Position numbers and translations under genes: made by a program. The notes under the pieces are model-generated. The model did not search any database and had not been told where the DNA came from. It saw nothing but the letters and a program-made list of their open reading frames with translations. Shown in pieces: positions 19,122 through 28,456 of a stretch of DNA of 32,000 bases (positions are counted from its first letter, which is position 1; the number at the start of each line of letters is the position of its first letter). Origin of the DNA: Wolbachia endosymbiont of Onchocerca ochengi. GTDB taxonomy: Bacteria > Pseudomonadota > Alphaproteobacteria > Rickettsiales > Anaplasmataceae. The stretch is taken from assembly GCF_000306885.1 (NCBI RefSeq), contig NC_018267.1, positions 690,001 through 722,000 of the forward strand, written 5' to 3'.

Positions 19122-21047
19122 ATGTATACGTATGACGTAGTGGTAGTAGGTGGTGGTCATGCTGGGTGTGAAGCAGCTGCGGCTGCAGTTCGCCTTGGTG
19201 CAAATACACTACTCATAACCCATAAAATTTCAACTATAGGAGAAATGTCCTGCAATCCAGCGATTGGAGGAATTGCAAAAGGTGTTGTAGTTAGAGAGAT
19301 TGATGCTCTTGATGGAATAATGGGAAGAGCAATCGATCAAGCAAGCATACACTCAGTTATTTTAAACGGTAGCAGAGGTGCAGCAGTGTGGGGACCACGT
19401 GCACAGGCAGATCGAAAACTATACAAGAGAGCAATACAGGAAATTATTCTAAATTACAACAATTTGACAGTAAAAGAAGAGTCGGTTGACGATTTTCTTA
19501 TTGAAAATGATAGCAATGGAGAGTCGTACATTAAGGCCGTTGTAACAAGCTTAGGCGAGCGTATATTGACAAGTAGAGTTGTTTTGACTACAGGAACTTT
19601 TCTGCAAGGTGTGATTCATATAGGTGAACAGACAATTCCTTCAGGAAGAATGGGGGATAAGTCTTCAATAGAACTTGCAAATACATTAAAAAAATATAAT
19701 TTTGGATTAGGTAGATTACGTACCGGAACTCCACCAAGACTTGATCGTAATACTATAAACTGCTCAATATTGCAAGAACAAGTAGGTGATAATCCACCTA
19801 CGCCGTTTTCTTATCTTACAGAAAGAACTACCCACCCTCAAGTTTCATGTTTTATTACTTATACTAATGAAAATACACACAGAATAATTCGAGAGAATCT
19901 GCACAGATCAGCTTCTTCATACTTGAATGACATTGTTGCACCAAGATATTGCCCATCGATTGAAGCTAAAGTTAAAAAGTTTGCAGAAAAAAATAGTCAC
20001 CAAATATTTCTAGAACCGGAAGGACTTGACGATAATACTATATATCCGAATGGAATTTCAAATTCATTGCCTATTGAAGTACAGTACAAAATGATAAGGA
20101 GTATCAAAGGACTTGAAAATGCAGAGATATTAAAACCTGGATATGCAATTGAGTATAATTATATTGATCCACGAGAGTTGTTTCATACTCTAGAAACTAA
20201 AAAAATTAAAGGGCTATATTTTGCCGGTCAAATTAATGGAACTACTGGATATGAAGAAGCAGCAGGACAGGGAATTGTTGCTGGAACTAATGCAGCACTT
20301 TCTGCAGCTGGAAAGAAAGGAGGATTTGTTCTTCATCGCACAGACTCGTATATCGGTGTAATGATAGATGATTTAGTTACTAAAGGTGTAATAGAACCTT
20401 ATAGGTTATTCACCTCACGTGCAGAATATAGACTAGCGATCAGATCAGACAATGCAGACAGAAGATTAACACAAAAGGGTTATGATATTTCCCTTGTATC
20501 GCATGAGAGATACTCTGTTTTACAAAGTAAACTTAAGTCTATTAAGCAACTTAAGAAAAATTTAGAGAGCTTAACAATTACTCCTGAGCAACTTAGGTTT
20601 TATGGTATAAAAACATCTTATGATGGAATGAGAAAAACAGCACTAGATCTACTTAGCTACCCCAATATCAACTGGAATAAATTACAAGAGATATGGTTGG
20701 AATTGGGTAGTGTTATGCACTGGAATGATACCATAATAAATGATGTAAATGAGAATGAGATACGTGAGGCAGTTACAATTGAAGCAAAGTACAAACCTTA
20801 TTTGATAAGACAAGAAGCAGATATGAAGTTTTTACGAGAGGAAACTAATACTCAAATTCCAATTAGCTTCGATTATTCACAAGTTCAAGGTCTATCAAGC
20901 GAAGTAATAGAAAAATTGCAGGCAATAAAACCAGCAACAATTGGCATTGCAAAGCAAATACAAGGCATTACTCCAGCAGCAATAGTTAGCATATTGGTGT
21001 ATTTGAGAAATAAGAAAATGAAAATAGCTGCTACTAATTCTGTGTAA
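19122..21047 (+). CDS. mnmG: tRNA uridine-5-carboxymethylaminomethyl modification enzyme
   Basis: [81 protein letters not shown]. Confidence 0.98.
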   Translation: MYTYDVVVVGGGHAGCEAAAAAVRLGANTLLITHKISTIGEMSCNPAIGGIAKGVVVREIDALDGIMGRAIDQASIHSVILNGSRGAAVWGPRAQADRKLYKRAIQEIILNYNNLTVKEESVDDFLIENDSNGESYIKAVVTSLGERILTSRVVLTTGTFLQGVIHIGEQTIPSGRMGDKSSIELANTLKKYNFGLGRLRTGTPPRLDRNTINCSILQEQVGDNPPTPFSYLTERTTHPQVSCFITYTNENTHRIIRENLHRSASSYLNDIVAPRYCPSIEAKVKKFAEKNSHQIFLEPEGLDDNTIYPNGISNSLPIEVQYKMIRSIKGLENAEILKPGYAIEYNYIDPRELFHTLETKKIKGLYFAGQINGTTGYEEAAGQGIVAGTNAALSAAGKKGGFVLHRTDSYIGVMIDDLVTKGVIEPYRLFTSRAEYRLAIRSDNADRRLTQKGYDISLVSHERYSVLQSKLKSIKQLKKNLESLTITPEQLRFYGIKTSYDGMRKTALDLLSYPNINWNKLQEIWLELGSVMHWNDTIINDVNENEIREAVTIEAKYKPYLIRQEADMKFLREETNTQIPISFDYSQVQGLSSEVIEKLQAIKPATIGIAKQIQGITPAAIVSILVYLRNKKMKIAATNSV

Positions 21048-21055
21048 GGTATTCT

Positions 21056-22879
21056 ATGTTAAAAATTGAGGAATTTCGTTCTTTTATGCGTAAAGTAAAT
21101 GTAGATGTATTTATGCTGCACACTAAAGATGAATATTTAAATGAACATTCAGATGACTTGATCAAATTATGTGGTTTTACAGGGACAAATGGACTGCTCA
21201 TTGTTACAAAAGACAACAAGTGCCCGTTTTTTACAGATGGACGTTATATCATACAAGCCCATAACCAGCTCGATCGAGATACTTTTCAAGTATATAATAT
21301 GCAAGAAGAGAATCCGTGTGAATGGGTGAAAGCAAATTTAACATTGACCACTTCATTAGGTTATTACTCGCAGCATTTTACTGTAAAAGAGATAAGGAGA
21401 TACGAAAATATTTGTAGATTAGTATCAGTATCCTATTCAATTAAAAAAGAAAGTAATCATAAAGAACAAACTATAGTTTCGTATGCAGTTGAGTACTCAG
21501 GTGAAAGTAGTAAGAGTAAATGTGAAAAAGTGACTAAAAGTATAAATAAAGAAATTGAAGCGGTTCTCCTAACTGATCCAAATTCAATTTCATGGTTATT
21601 AAATCTAAGAAATGAAAATGCTAAGTATACTCCATGTGTATTAGGCCGTGTTATACTATATAAAAATGGTAATGTTGATTTATTTGTTCAAGACAAAGAA
21701 TATTCAACTATACAGGCAAATTTAGATAACCATATAAGTGTTTTTGATATTAGCAAGCTAGAGAGTTCACTGTGCAAACTAAATTCGGTAATGATAGATC
21801 CAAGCATAACTCCAATGAGTATTATGGCTATAATACAAAGTAAGCTGGTAGTTGAAAGAGATGATCCTTGTTTAATTTACAAAGCAGTGAAAAATCAAAC
21901 TGAAATAGCTGGAGCTATAAATGCGCATATTCGGGATGGAGTAGCAGTAACAAATTTTCTATATTGGCTTGAAAGTAGTATTAATAAGCCTCTTATAAAT
22001 TCAAATATTATCCAGGTAACTGATACTGAGACTCAGAAAAAAAACGCAGATTCCAGCATCATGCGCTGGAATAACATAAAAAAGGATCCTGATTTTTTGC
22101 TTGAACAACCATTATATGGTGGATCTAGTGTGATCACCGAACTTAGTGCTGAAGAGAAACTCTTAGAATATAGAAAAGAACAGGATTTATTTAAGCAATT
22201 AAGCTTTCCAACAATTTCCGCATTTAATGAGAATGGAGCAGTAATTCATTACCGTTCAAGCAGTAAGACGAATAAAATAATTCAGAAAGATGGATTGTAC
22301 TTGATTGATTCTGGTGGCCAATACCTTAATGGTACAACTGATATTACAAGAACTGTAGCAATTGGAAGGCCAACTAACGAACAAATAACTCATTATACAA
22401 TAGTATTGAAAGCTCATATTGCTATAGCAAGTGTAGTCTTTCCTTCTAATACTACTGGTGGGGAGCTAGATATATTGGCACGCACTCATTTATGGAAATT
22501 TGGAATAGATTACATGCATAGTACAGGACATGGAGTAGGAAATTATTTGTCAGTCCATGAAGGACCACAAGCAATATCAAAAGGGAATAAGGTAAAACTT
22601 ATGCCAGGAATGATACTTTCCAATGAACCTGGTTATTATATTCCAGGAAAATACGGAATAAGGATTGAGAATCTGATGTATATTGACAGACAAGAAAATG
22701 GCTTCTTAAACTTTAAGCAACTTACTTCTGTTCCATACGATAGAAAGCTAATAAATATACACATGCTTACTAAAAATGAAATTAATTGGATAAATAGCTA
22801 TCATCAGTTTGCTTATGAAAACTTAGAAAACGATATCAACAATAAGGAATGGTTAGAGAAAACATGTGCCCCTTTATAA
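21056..22879 (+). CDS. M24 family metallopeptidase, Xaa-Pro aminopeptidase-like
   Basis: YLIDSGGQYLNGTTDITRTVAIG, DYMHSTGHGVGNYLSVHEGPQAIS, GMILSNEPGYYIPGKYGIRIENLMYI. Confidence 0.94.
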   Translation: MLKIEEFRSFMRKVNVDVFMLHTKDEYLNEHSDDLIKLCGFTGTNGLLIVTKDNKCPFFTDGRYIIQAHNQLDRDTFQVYNMQEENPCEWVKANLTLTTSLGYYSQHFTVKEIRRYENICRLVSVSYSIKKESNHKEQTIVSYAVEYSGESSKSKCEKVTKSINKEIEAVLLTDPNSISWLLNLRNENAKYTPCVLGRVILYKNGNVDLFVQDKEYSTIQANLDNHISVFDISKLESSLCKLNSVMIDPSITPMSIMAIIQSKLVVERDDPCLIYKAVKNQTEIAGAINAHIRDGVAVTNFLYWLESSINKPLINSNIIQVTDTETQKKNADSSIMRWNNIKKDPDFLLEQPLYGGSSVITELSAEEKLLEYRKEQDLFKQLSFPTISAFNENGAVIHYRSSSKTNKIIQKDGLYLIDSGGQYLNGTTDITRTVAIGRPTNEQITHYTIVLKAHIAIASVVFPSNTTGGELDILARTHLWKFGIDYMHSTGHGVGNYLSVHEGPQAISKGNKVKLMPGMILSNEPGYYIPGKYGIRIENLMYIDRQENGFLNFKQLTSVPYDRKLINIHMLTKNEINWINSYHQFAYENLENDINNKEWLEKTCAPL

Positions 22880-22935
22880 ATAAAGGGAAAGCTTTTTACT
22901 CTTTAAATGAGTATTAATACAGGTGTAAAAGAGGT

Positions 22936-22972
22936 ATTATATATTGTTTTTAAATTAAAAACAATATATAAT
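22936..22972. repeat. Perfect AT-only-like hairpin, 16-nt inverted repeat with 5-nt centre
   Basis: ATTATATATTGTTTTT-AAATT-AAAAACAATATATAAT read directly between the 22879 stop and the 23004 start. Confidence 0.85.
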
Positions 22973-23003
22973 AAAAAGTACGTATTTCCAGGTAGGTGTA
23001 ATT

Positions 23004-23375
23004 ATGATAGATAAAGTTCAGGAAGATGAGTTTATGAAACAGTACATGGATACTTGTAAAGAACAAATAGAAAAATTAGCTAAGGATCCTGAGTTACTTA
23101 ATCAAACCTTAAAACCATTTATGCAAATGTCTCAGCAGCTTATGGCTAGTAGTATGTTAGATGGATCTATGCCTAATAATATAGTATCTAATTTGAGTAG
23201 TATGGATATTACTAAGGTGCTTGCTCAGATGAAGGAAATGATTGATTACATAAAAAGCAACTACAAGGGACTCATGAAAAAAGATAGTTCGCAGATTCAA
23301 GAGCTTGATGAATCCAGTAGAAAACTGAGAGGCTTAGTTAGAAAGCTGATAGAAAGAATTGAAAGCAATAAATAG
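23004..23375 (+). CDS. Conserved-looking hypothetical protein (123 aa, mostly helical/charged)
   Basis: ATG with AGGTAGG upstream; no recognised domain. Confidence 0.8.
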   Translation: MIDKVQEDEFMKQYMDTCKEQIEKLAKDPELLNQTLKPFMQMSQQLMASSMLDGSMPNNIVSNLSSMDITKVLAQMKEMIDYIKSNYKGLMKKDSSQIQELDESSRKLRGLVRKLIERIESNK

Positions 23376-23389
23376 TAGAGTTAGAGTTG

Positions 23390-24370
23390 TCAGTAGCGTA
23401 GTAAAACAGAACCCCAGGTCAGACCTGCACCTATTGCAATTAGTAGTCCAAGGCTCCCTGGTTTTATTTTCGATTTTTGTATTGCATGATCAAGTGCTAG
23501 TGGAATTGATGCTGCTGAGGTGTTTGCGTGTTGATCAACCGTATTAATCACTTTTTCTATAGGCAAATCTAACTTCTTCACTACTGCTTCAACAATACGA
23601 ATGTTTGCTTGATGAGGAGTTAACCAATCAATATCAGTAATCTCTAAATTATTGAATTTCAGTGCTTTCTTTACTGAAGCTGTTAATTTATCTACTGCAT
23701 GTTTGAATATTTCTCTTCCTTTCATGCATATTTTTCCAGGATTGCCGGTTGAGGATACTCCTCCATTCGTGCACAATATATCTATATTGCCATCAGAGTA
23801 TAGGTTAGTTGATACTATGCCACCATTTATGGATTTCTTTACTGCTTCACTACAATGCACTGATTTTATTATTATTGCGCCGGCGCCATCACCAAATAGT
23901 ACACAAGTTGATCTATCTTTCCAATCAACAATTCTAGACATTATTTCAGCACCTATAACTAGTGCATATTTAATGCTATTATTGGCTTTAATAAGCGAGT
24001 CAGCGACTGTAATTGCATATATAAAACCAGAGCATGCGGCTTGTACATCAAAAGCAAACGCATTCCTACATTTTAGTCTGCTTTGCACAATAGTTGCACA
24101 GCTAGGAAGAGTTTTGTCAGGTGTTGTTGTTGCTACTATGATTAAATTAATTTCATTTACTAAAATTTTAGCTTTTTCTATAGCATTTCTTGCTGCATTA
24201 ACAGCTAAATCTGATGTTAATTCTTCTTTATCTGCTATATGTCTTTGAGTTATTCCTGTTCTCTGTCTAATCCATTCATCACTTGTTTCAACTATCGATG
24301 CAACATCATTGTTACTCAATATTTTTTTTGGTAAGTAAGATCCAGTGCTTAATATGAAACTTTTATTCAA
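23390..24370 (-). CDS. fabH: 3-oxoacyl-[acyl-carrier-protein] synthase III
   Basis: SDEWIRQRTGITQRHIA, FDVQAACSGFIYAI, DWLTPHQANIRIVEAV, NTSAASIPLAL. Confidence 0.97.
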   Translation of the reverse strand: MNKSFILSTGSYLPKKILSNNDVASIVETSDEWIRQRTGITQRHIADKEELTSDLAVNAARNAIEKAKILVNEINLIIVATTTPDKTLPSCATIVQSRLKCRNAFAFDVQAACSGFIYAITVADSLIKANNSIKYALVIGAEIMSRIVDWKDRSTCVLFGDGAGAIIIKSVHCSEAVKKSINGGIVSTNLYSDGNIDILCTNGGVSSTGNPGKICMKGREIFKHAVDKLTASVKKALKFNNLEITDIDWLTPHQANIRIVEAVVKKLDLPIEKVINTVDQHANTSAASIPLALDHAIQKSKIKPGSLGLLIAIGAGLTWGSVLLRY

Positions 24371-25412
24371 TATGACCTACCTCACTAACTATCTTTTGGT
24401 TTAAGTTTTCACTAATAGCACTTACTGCAAATTTTATAGCGTGGGCAAAAGAAACAGCATCGGAATTTCCATGGCTCTTGATGACTACGCCATTGAGCCC
24501 TAAAAACATAGCTCCACTTCTAACTTTGGGATTAAAACGCGTTAATACCTTACTAAGTTTGGATTTCAATAATACACCAATAAGCACTTTTGTTGTCCAC
24601 GAGTTGAATATTTCTTGCTTTATTAAATTAATAAAAGCACTAGCGGTTGCCTCAGCTGTTTTAAGCATTACATTGCCAACAAAACCATCAGCGACAATCA
24701 CATCAATACTGCCATCTAAAAATTCACTTGCCTCTATATATCCCCTAAAATTAATATTTGAGGTATTTTTGAGCAATTCAAAAGCTCCTCTTATTGAGTC
24801 AGTACCTTTAATTTCTTCTGTACCAATATTTAATAAAGCAACTTCAGGATTGTCAACTTTTAATGCTATTTTTGCGAATGTACTCCCCATCAACGCAAAT
24901 TGAAATAATGAGTCAGCATTACAATCAACATTTGCACCAAGATCAAGTAATACAAAGCTTTTTGCCTTAGTTGGACAGACAGTCACAATAGCAGGACGAT
25001 AGATATTTGGCAGTATTCCTAGAATAAACCTAGAAATAGCCATTAATGCTCCAGTGTTGCCTGAAGATACTGCTCCAGAAGCCTTACCTTTTCTTACTGC
25101 TTCAATGGCTGCTTTCATGCTCGAATCTTTACGATGCCTCAGTGCAAAGGATGGTTTATCATTTGCAAGAACACTGTCAGAACAATGGATCAACTCAGAA
25201 TTATTACTTACCTTCTTATATTTTAAAAGTAAAGGAGATACTTCTTTTTGGTCTCCATAAATACGAAAAAAAATTTTAATTCCTGGGTCAATAAGGTTAT
25301 CCAAAAAAAAACTAGCACCTTGAATTACTGAGAGAGGTGCAAAATCACCTCCCATAGCGTCAAGTGCGACAACTATGTTATGGTTAACAGTAGGTAACAT
25401 ATCATGATACAT
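24363..25412 (-). CDS. plsX: Phosphate acyltransferase
   Basis: VALDAMGGDFAPLSVIQGA, GKASGAVSSGNTGALMA, LLDLGANVDC, DGFVGNVMLKTAE. Overlaps the fabH start by 8 nt. Confidence 0.97.
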   Translation of the reverse strand: MYHDMLPTVNHNIVVALDAMGGDFAPLSVIQGASFFLDNLIDPGIKIFFRIYGDQKEVSPLLLKYKKVSNNSELIHCSDSVLANDKPSFALRHRKDSSMKAAIEAVRKGKASGAVSSGNTGALMAISRFILGILPNIYRPAIVTVCPTKAKSFVLLDLGANVDCNADSLFQFALMGSTFAKIALKVDNPEVALLNIGTEEIKGTDSIRGAFELLKNTSNINFRGYIEASEFLDGSIDVIVADGFVGNVMLKTAEATASAFINLIKQEIFNSWTTKVLIGVLLKSKLSKVLTRFNPKVRSGAMFLGLNGVVIKSHGNSDAVSFAHAIKFAVSAISENLNQKIVSEVGHIE

Positions 25413-25417
25413 GATAG

Positions 25418-25600
25418 CTATTCTTTCTGTTGTTTGATGAAAACACGTTTTCCTTTATAACTGCCATCAATTGCTATATTGTGAGGTAACATAAATTCCC
25501 CAGTTGTTGTGCATACCGCAATATTCTTAAGCTTAATGGCATGGTGAGAACGATGCATATTACGCCTTGATTTTGACTTTTTTTTCTTTGGTACTGCCAA
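25418..25600 (-). CDS. rpmF: 50S ribosomal protein L32
   Basis: MAVPKKKKSKSRRNMHRSHHAI; upstream of plsX as is common. Confidence 0.98.
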   Translation of the reverse strand: MAVPKKKKSKSRRNMHRSHHAIKLKNIAVCTTTGEFMLPHNIAIDGSYKGKRVFIKQQKE

Positions 25601-25859
25601 AACTTTTCTCCATTCTACTATAAAAATTTAATCTATTAGTAACATATTTTTTACAGGAAGTAAACAGTGATAGTAAAATAAGTAAGGTTTACCATGTAAT
25701 TAATTCCTGTAAGTTTTAAACTGAAACATTTCAGTTAAAATATATTGAATTTAGAAGATACTTTACTATATAATAAAATTAATGAAAATTTTAGTAAAAC
25801 TAATTTTATGCTAAGGTAAGTGCGGAAGTGATTTTTCCAATATAAATATGGTGTTAGAA

Positions 25860-26540
25860 TGATTTGTAGGTACCTTACTGACTTTCTATTAATGCTTGGT
25901 AGTGTGTGGTATTTATATTTTTCAGTCTTTGTATCACTGCCATATATTAAGGTAACATAGCAACAAAGTAGATCATAGAAGCAGGCTTTTTCTCTTTACC
26001 GATTCTTCTTGGACTCACAGGAATTTTTATGGGAGTAGTAATAGCTTTGTGCAAAAAAATTCTGAGCTGTTCATTAATTAGTCCAGTTTTAATTAATCTA
26101 ATAATGCTGGAAAGGCTGTACTATCAATTATAGCAGAAACTGGTACGATGGTATATTACTGAATAAATGGATGTACTTATAACTTTAAGTATTAACTTCT
26201 TCAAATATTTAACCGTACTGAGAATTTTAATATCAGTTATAGTATTTCATATACTTATAACAATGCAGATTTAATAGGAATACTTAGAAGATATCACTGC
26301 AGTTTTCAAATTTAGCCACAAGAATATAATATATAAGTAAAATGTGTAGGCCCAATTCTTTAATATGTAAGATTTTATTACCGGGGGTAGTATCTAGTAG
26401 AGGAAATTGCTTTTGCTGCTATAATTTCTGTTTTAAGTTGCTATTACGGCTCCTCTTATAGAGGAGGTATACAAATGATGGAAAGTAAGTTATTTGCTAT
26501 AACATTAACTGTTTTATTTTATCGTCCATATCGTATTTGA
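25860..26540 (+). pseudogene. Decayed MlaE-family ABC transporter permease pseudogene
   Basis: MlaE-like blocks are ordered along the plus strand in shifting frames. They are VSLPYIKVT*QQ; IEAGFFSLPILLGLTGIFMGVVIAL (25975 on); PVLINLIM; AGKAVLSIIAETGTMVYY* (26106 on); ITE*MDVLITLSINFFKYLTVLRILISVIVFHILIT (26155 on); IAFAAIISVLSCYYGSSYRGG (26403 on). Confidence 0.87.
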
Positions 26541-26594
26541 TTATTTTAGCAGCAAACTGCTTAATTACTTTGATACATGCATAGCCTTATAATA

Positions 26595-27107
26595 TCAAAC
26601 TTAAGCTTATCTTTACTAAAAGATCTAAATCTCAATATGTTAAAATAGGAATTACTGGTTATACTTGGTAGCTCAGGAAGTAACAAATCTGTATTAATAA
26701 AAATAACCATTAGCTTGCTGATGTCAGATTCATTATTTATTGAAATAAATAGTAAAGACTAAAATAAACTTAGAGTATCTTTCAAGGTTTCACTTTACTT
26801 AACTGCTTTACAGTTTAGAAAAGTAATATTTTTTAACTATAAAAGTTACTTTAGTATTGGCAAAAAAGAGGTAAAGCAATTATTAATTGAGAAATTGAAT
26901 GATGTTTTTTAGAATGGACCAATTTCATATTAGATATAGAAAATGAGATAGTGATAGAACTATCAGAAAATTCTGATTCCTATTATTGCAACTGCACATG
27001 GTATTTACAAGTATATTTAAAGATATCCTATAAAACTATATGAGGGAAATATCAATTTTTACGGGACTGTTCAAGAAATAAAAAACACTAAAAGTGGATA
27101 TATATAA
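26595..27107 (+). pseudogene. Decayed MlaF-family ABC transporter ATP-binding pseudogene
   Basis: SNLSLSLLKDLNLNMLK*ELLVILGSSGSNKSVLIKITISLLMSDSLFIEINSKD* (degraded Walker A); FQGFTLLNCFTV*KSNIF (Q-loop region); GKKEVKQLLIEKLNDV; IPIIATAHGIYKYI*; LYEGN; FYGTVQEIKNTKSGYI*. Blocks are in MlaF order and in several frames. Confidence 0.87.
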
Positions 27108-27159
27108 AGAAACTTATTTGCTATGTGTGTACAAAATGAAAAATCTCTATTTTTATTGC

Positions 27160-27546
27160 TTACTTTCGAGGCATATAATTCTCATCATGCTTTGCAAATA
27201 CTGTGTCTGCTAAAAAGGTTCCATTGTCGAACATTTTACCTTGTACAACAACACCACTTTTTTCTGAAAACATTGGTGGAAGTACCCCTTGATATTTTAT
27301 TAAAACACTTTTATTAAAATCTGTCACTTGGAAGATTACTTCATTCTCGTTGTGTATTACACTATTCTCAACAACCATTCCACCGATACGAATTAACTTT
27401 TGATTGTTTGGTAAAACTATCGCTTCACTTACTGTATAAAAAAATGAGATATTTTCTTTGAGTGCTATTAAGATAAGAAAAACTACGCAGTTTAAAAAGA
27501 AGGAGATTCCTGAAGCTATAAGTAATCGCTTATGTTTTCTCTTCAT
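27160..27546 (-). CDS. ccmE: Cytochrome c-type biogenesis protein (heme chaperone)
   Basis: KRLLIASG N-terminal TM, IRIGGMVVENSV, YQGVLPPMFSEKSGVVVQGKMFDNGTFLADTVFAKHDENYMP including the heme-binding His region. Confidence 0.96.
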   Translation of the reverse strand: MKRKHKRLLIASGISFFLNCVVFLILIALKENISFFYTVSEAIVLPNNQKLIRIGGMVVENSVIHNENEVIFQVTDFNKSVLIKYQGVLPPMFSEKSGVVVQGKMFDNGTFLADTVFAKHDENYMPRK

Positions 27547-27667
27547 TATTATTTTTAAGGCCCTCCAAAGTTTCTTTACTCTTAATATAGCAAGAAATAG
27601 TAAAAATTAACTCCCCAGCAATCAATACAAAACTAATAAGGTAAGCAAAAATTACATACGTATTCAT
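27530..27667 (-). CDS. CcmD-like small membrane protein (45 aa), not in the supplied ORF list
   Basis: MNTYVIFAYLISFVLIAGELIFTISCYIKSKETLEGLKNNNEEKT*. Single N-terminal TM then a charged tail; 4-nt ATGA overlap with the birA stop and 17-nt overlap with ccmE. Confidence 0.62.
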   Translation of the reverse strand: MNTYVIFAYLISFVLIAGELIFTISCYIKSKETLEGLKNNNEEKT

Positions 27668-28455
27668 AGTGTATTACCAATAAACAATTTACCTGCGTCG
27701 AAATAAAGTAAACCTCCATCTTTTTGTTGTAGTGCCAACTTACCGTTTTTATCTATACCAATAAAAATTCCCTCATACAACTTGCCAGCTAATTTTACGC
27801 TGATTTGCTTGTTCATTTTGAATGCTTTTTTTAACCACATGTTTCTTATAGCACAAAACCCGTCAAATATCCACTGCTTTCTTAACTCATTAAAATTTAT
27901 TATCAATTCTTTTAATAGATCTATGTTAGATGAAGACTCACCGTAACTGCTAATGCATGTTGTCCATGAAAACGGTGCATGATTAATGTTAATTCCAATT
28001 CCTATAACTAGCCAATTTGAATTGGATTTTTTTTCAAGCAATATCCCGCTTATTTTTCTACCATCTACCAAAATGTCATTTGGCCATTTATATTGAATGT
28101 TACCGTCATCTATAGATGACGATAACGTGTTGCCGACAGCAAGAGCAGTAACAAAAGTCAATTCTGTCAATTTACTTAAACTTTCTCTGTTATTCCAACG
28201 TGTAATGTTGTAATTCATTATTGGAATGATACTAGTGTGATTATATAAAAAATCTATGATTAAACTTACATAAAAATTACCCTTTGGAGAAATCCAGCTT
28301 TTTCCAGTGCGTCCTCTACCATCTGTTTGCTTATCGGCAATAATAACAGATTCGTTTGATATCCCTTTATCAATTAAGTCCAATGCTTTTCCATTGGTAC
28401 TAGAGACTTCTTTATAATGATAAATATGAAAACCTTCAAATGTTTTAGGGAACAC
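27664..28455 (-). CDS. birA: Biotin--[acetyl-CoA-carboxylase] ligase
   Basis: KQTDGRGRTGKSWISPKGNFYVSLI, YKWPNDILVDGRKISGILLE, VIGIGININHAP. Confidence 0.95.
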   Translation of the reverse strand: MFPKTFEGFHIYHYKEVSSTNGKALDLIDKGISNESVIIADKQTDGRGRTGKSWISPKGNFYVSLIIDFLYNHTSIIPIMNYNITRWNNRESLSKLTELTFVTALAVGNTLSSSIDDGNIQYKWPNDILVDGRKISGILLEKKSNSNWLVIGIGININHAPFSWTTCISSYGESSSNIDLLKELIINFNELRKQWIFDGFCAIRNMWLKKAFKMNKQISVKLAGKLYEGIFIGIDKNGKLALQQKDGGLLYFDAGKLFIGNTL

Positions 28456-28456
28456 T

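Noticed and set aside
26457-26540. A GGAGG-led 21-aa ORF (MMESKLFAITLTVLFYRPYRI) with a 7-bp hairpin CTCCTCT-TAT-AGAGGAG over the ribosome-binding site, resembling a regulated leader peptide.
   Set aside because: It is in frame with the upstream IAFAAIISVLSCYYGSSYRGG block and is better explained as the C-terminal part of the decayed MlaE permease; the hairpin probably arises by chance from TCCTCT...AGAGGAGG codons.
27123-27317. Plus-strand 64-aa ORF between the mlaF relic and ccmE.
   Set aside because: It is mostly antisense to the conserved ccmE 3' end, with no homology recognised.
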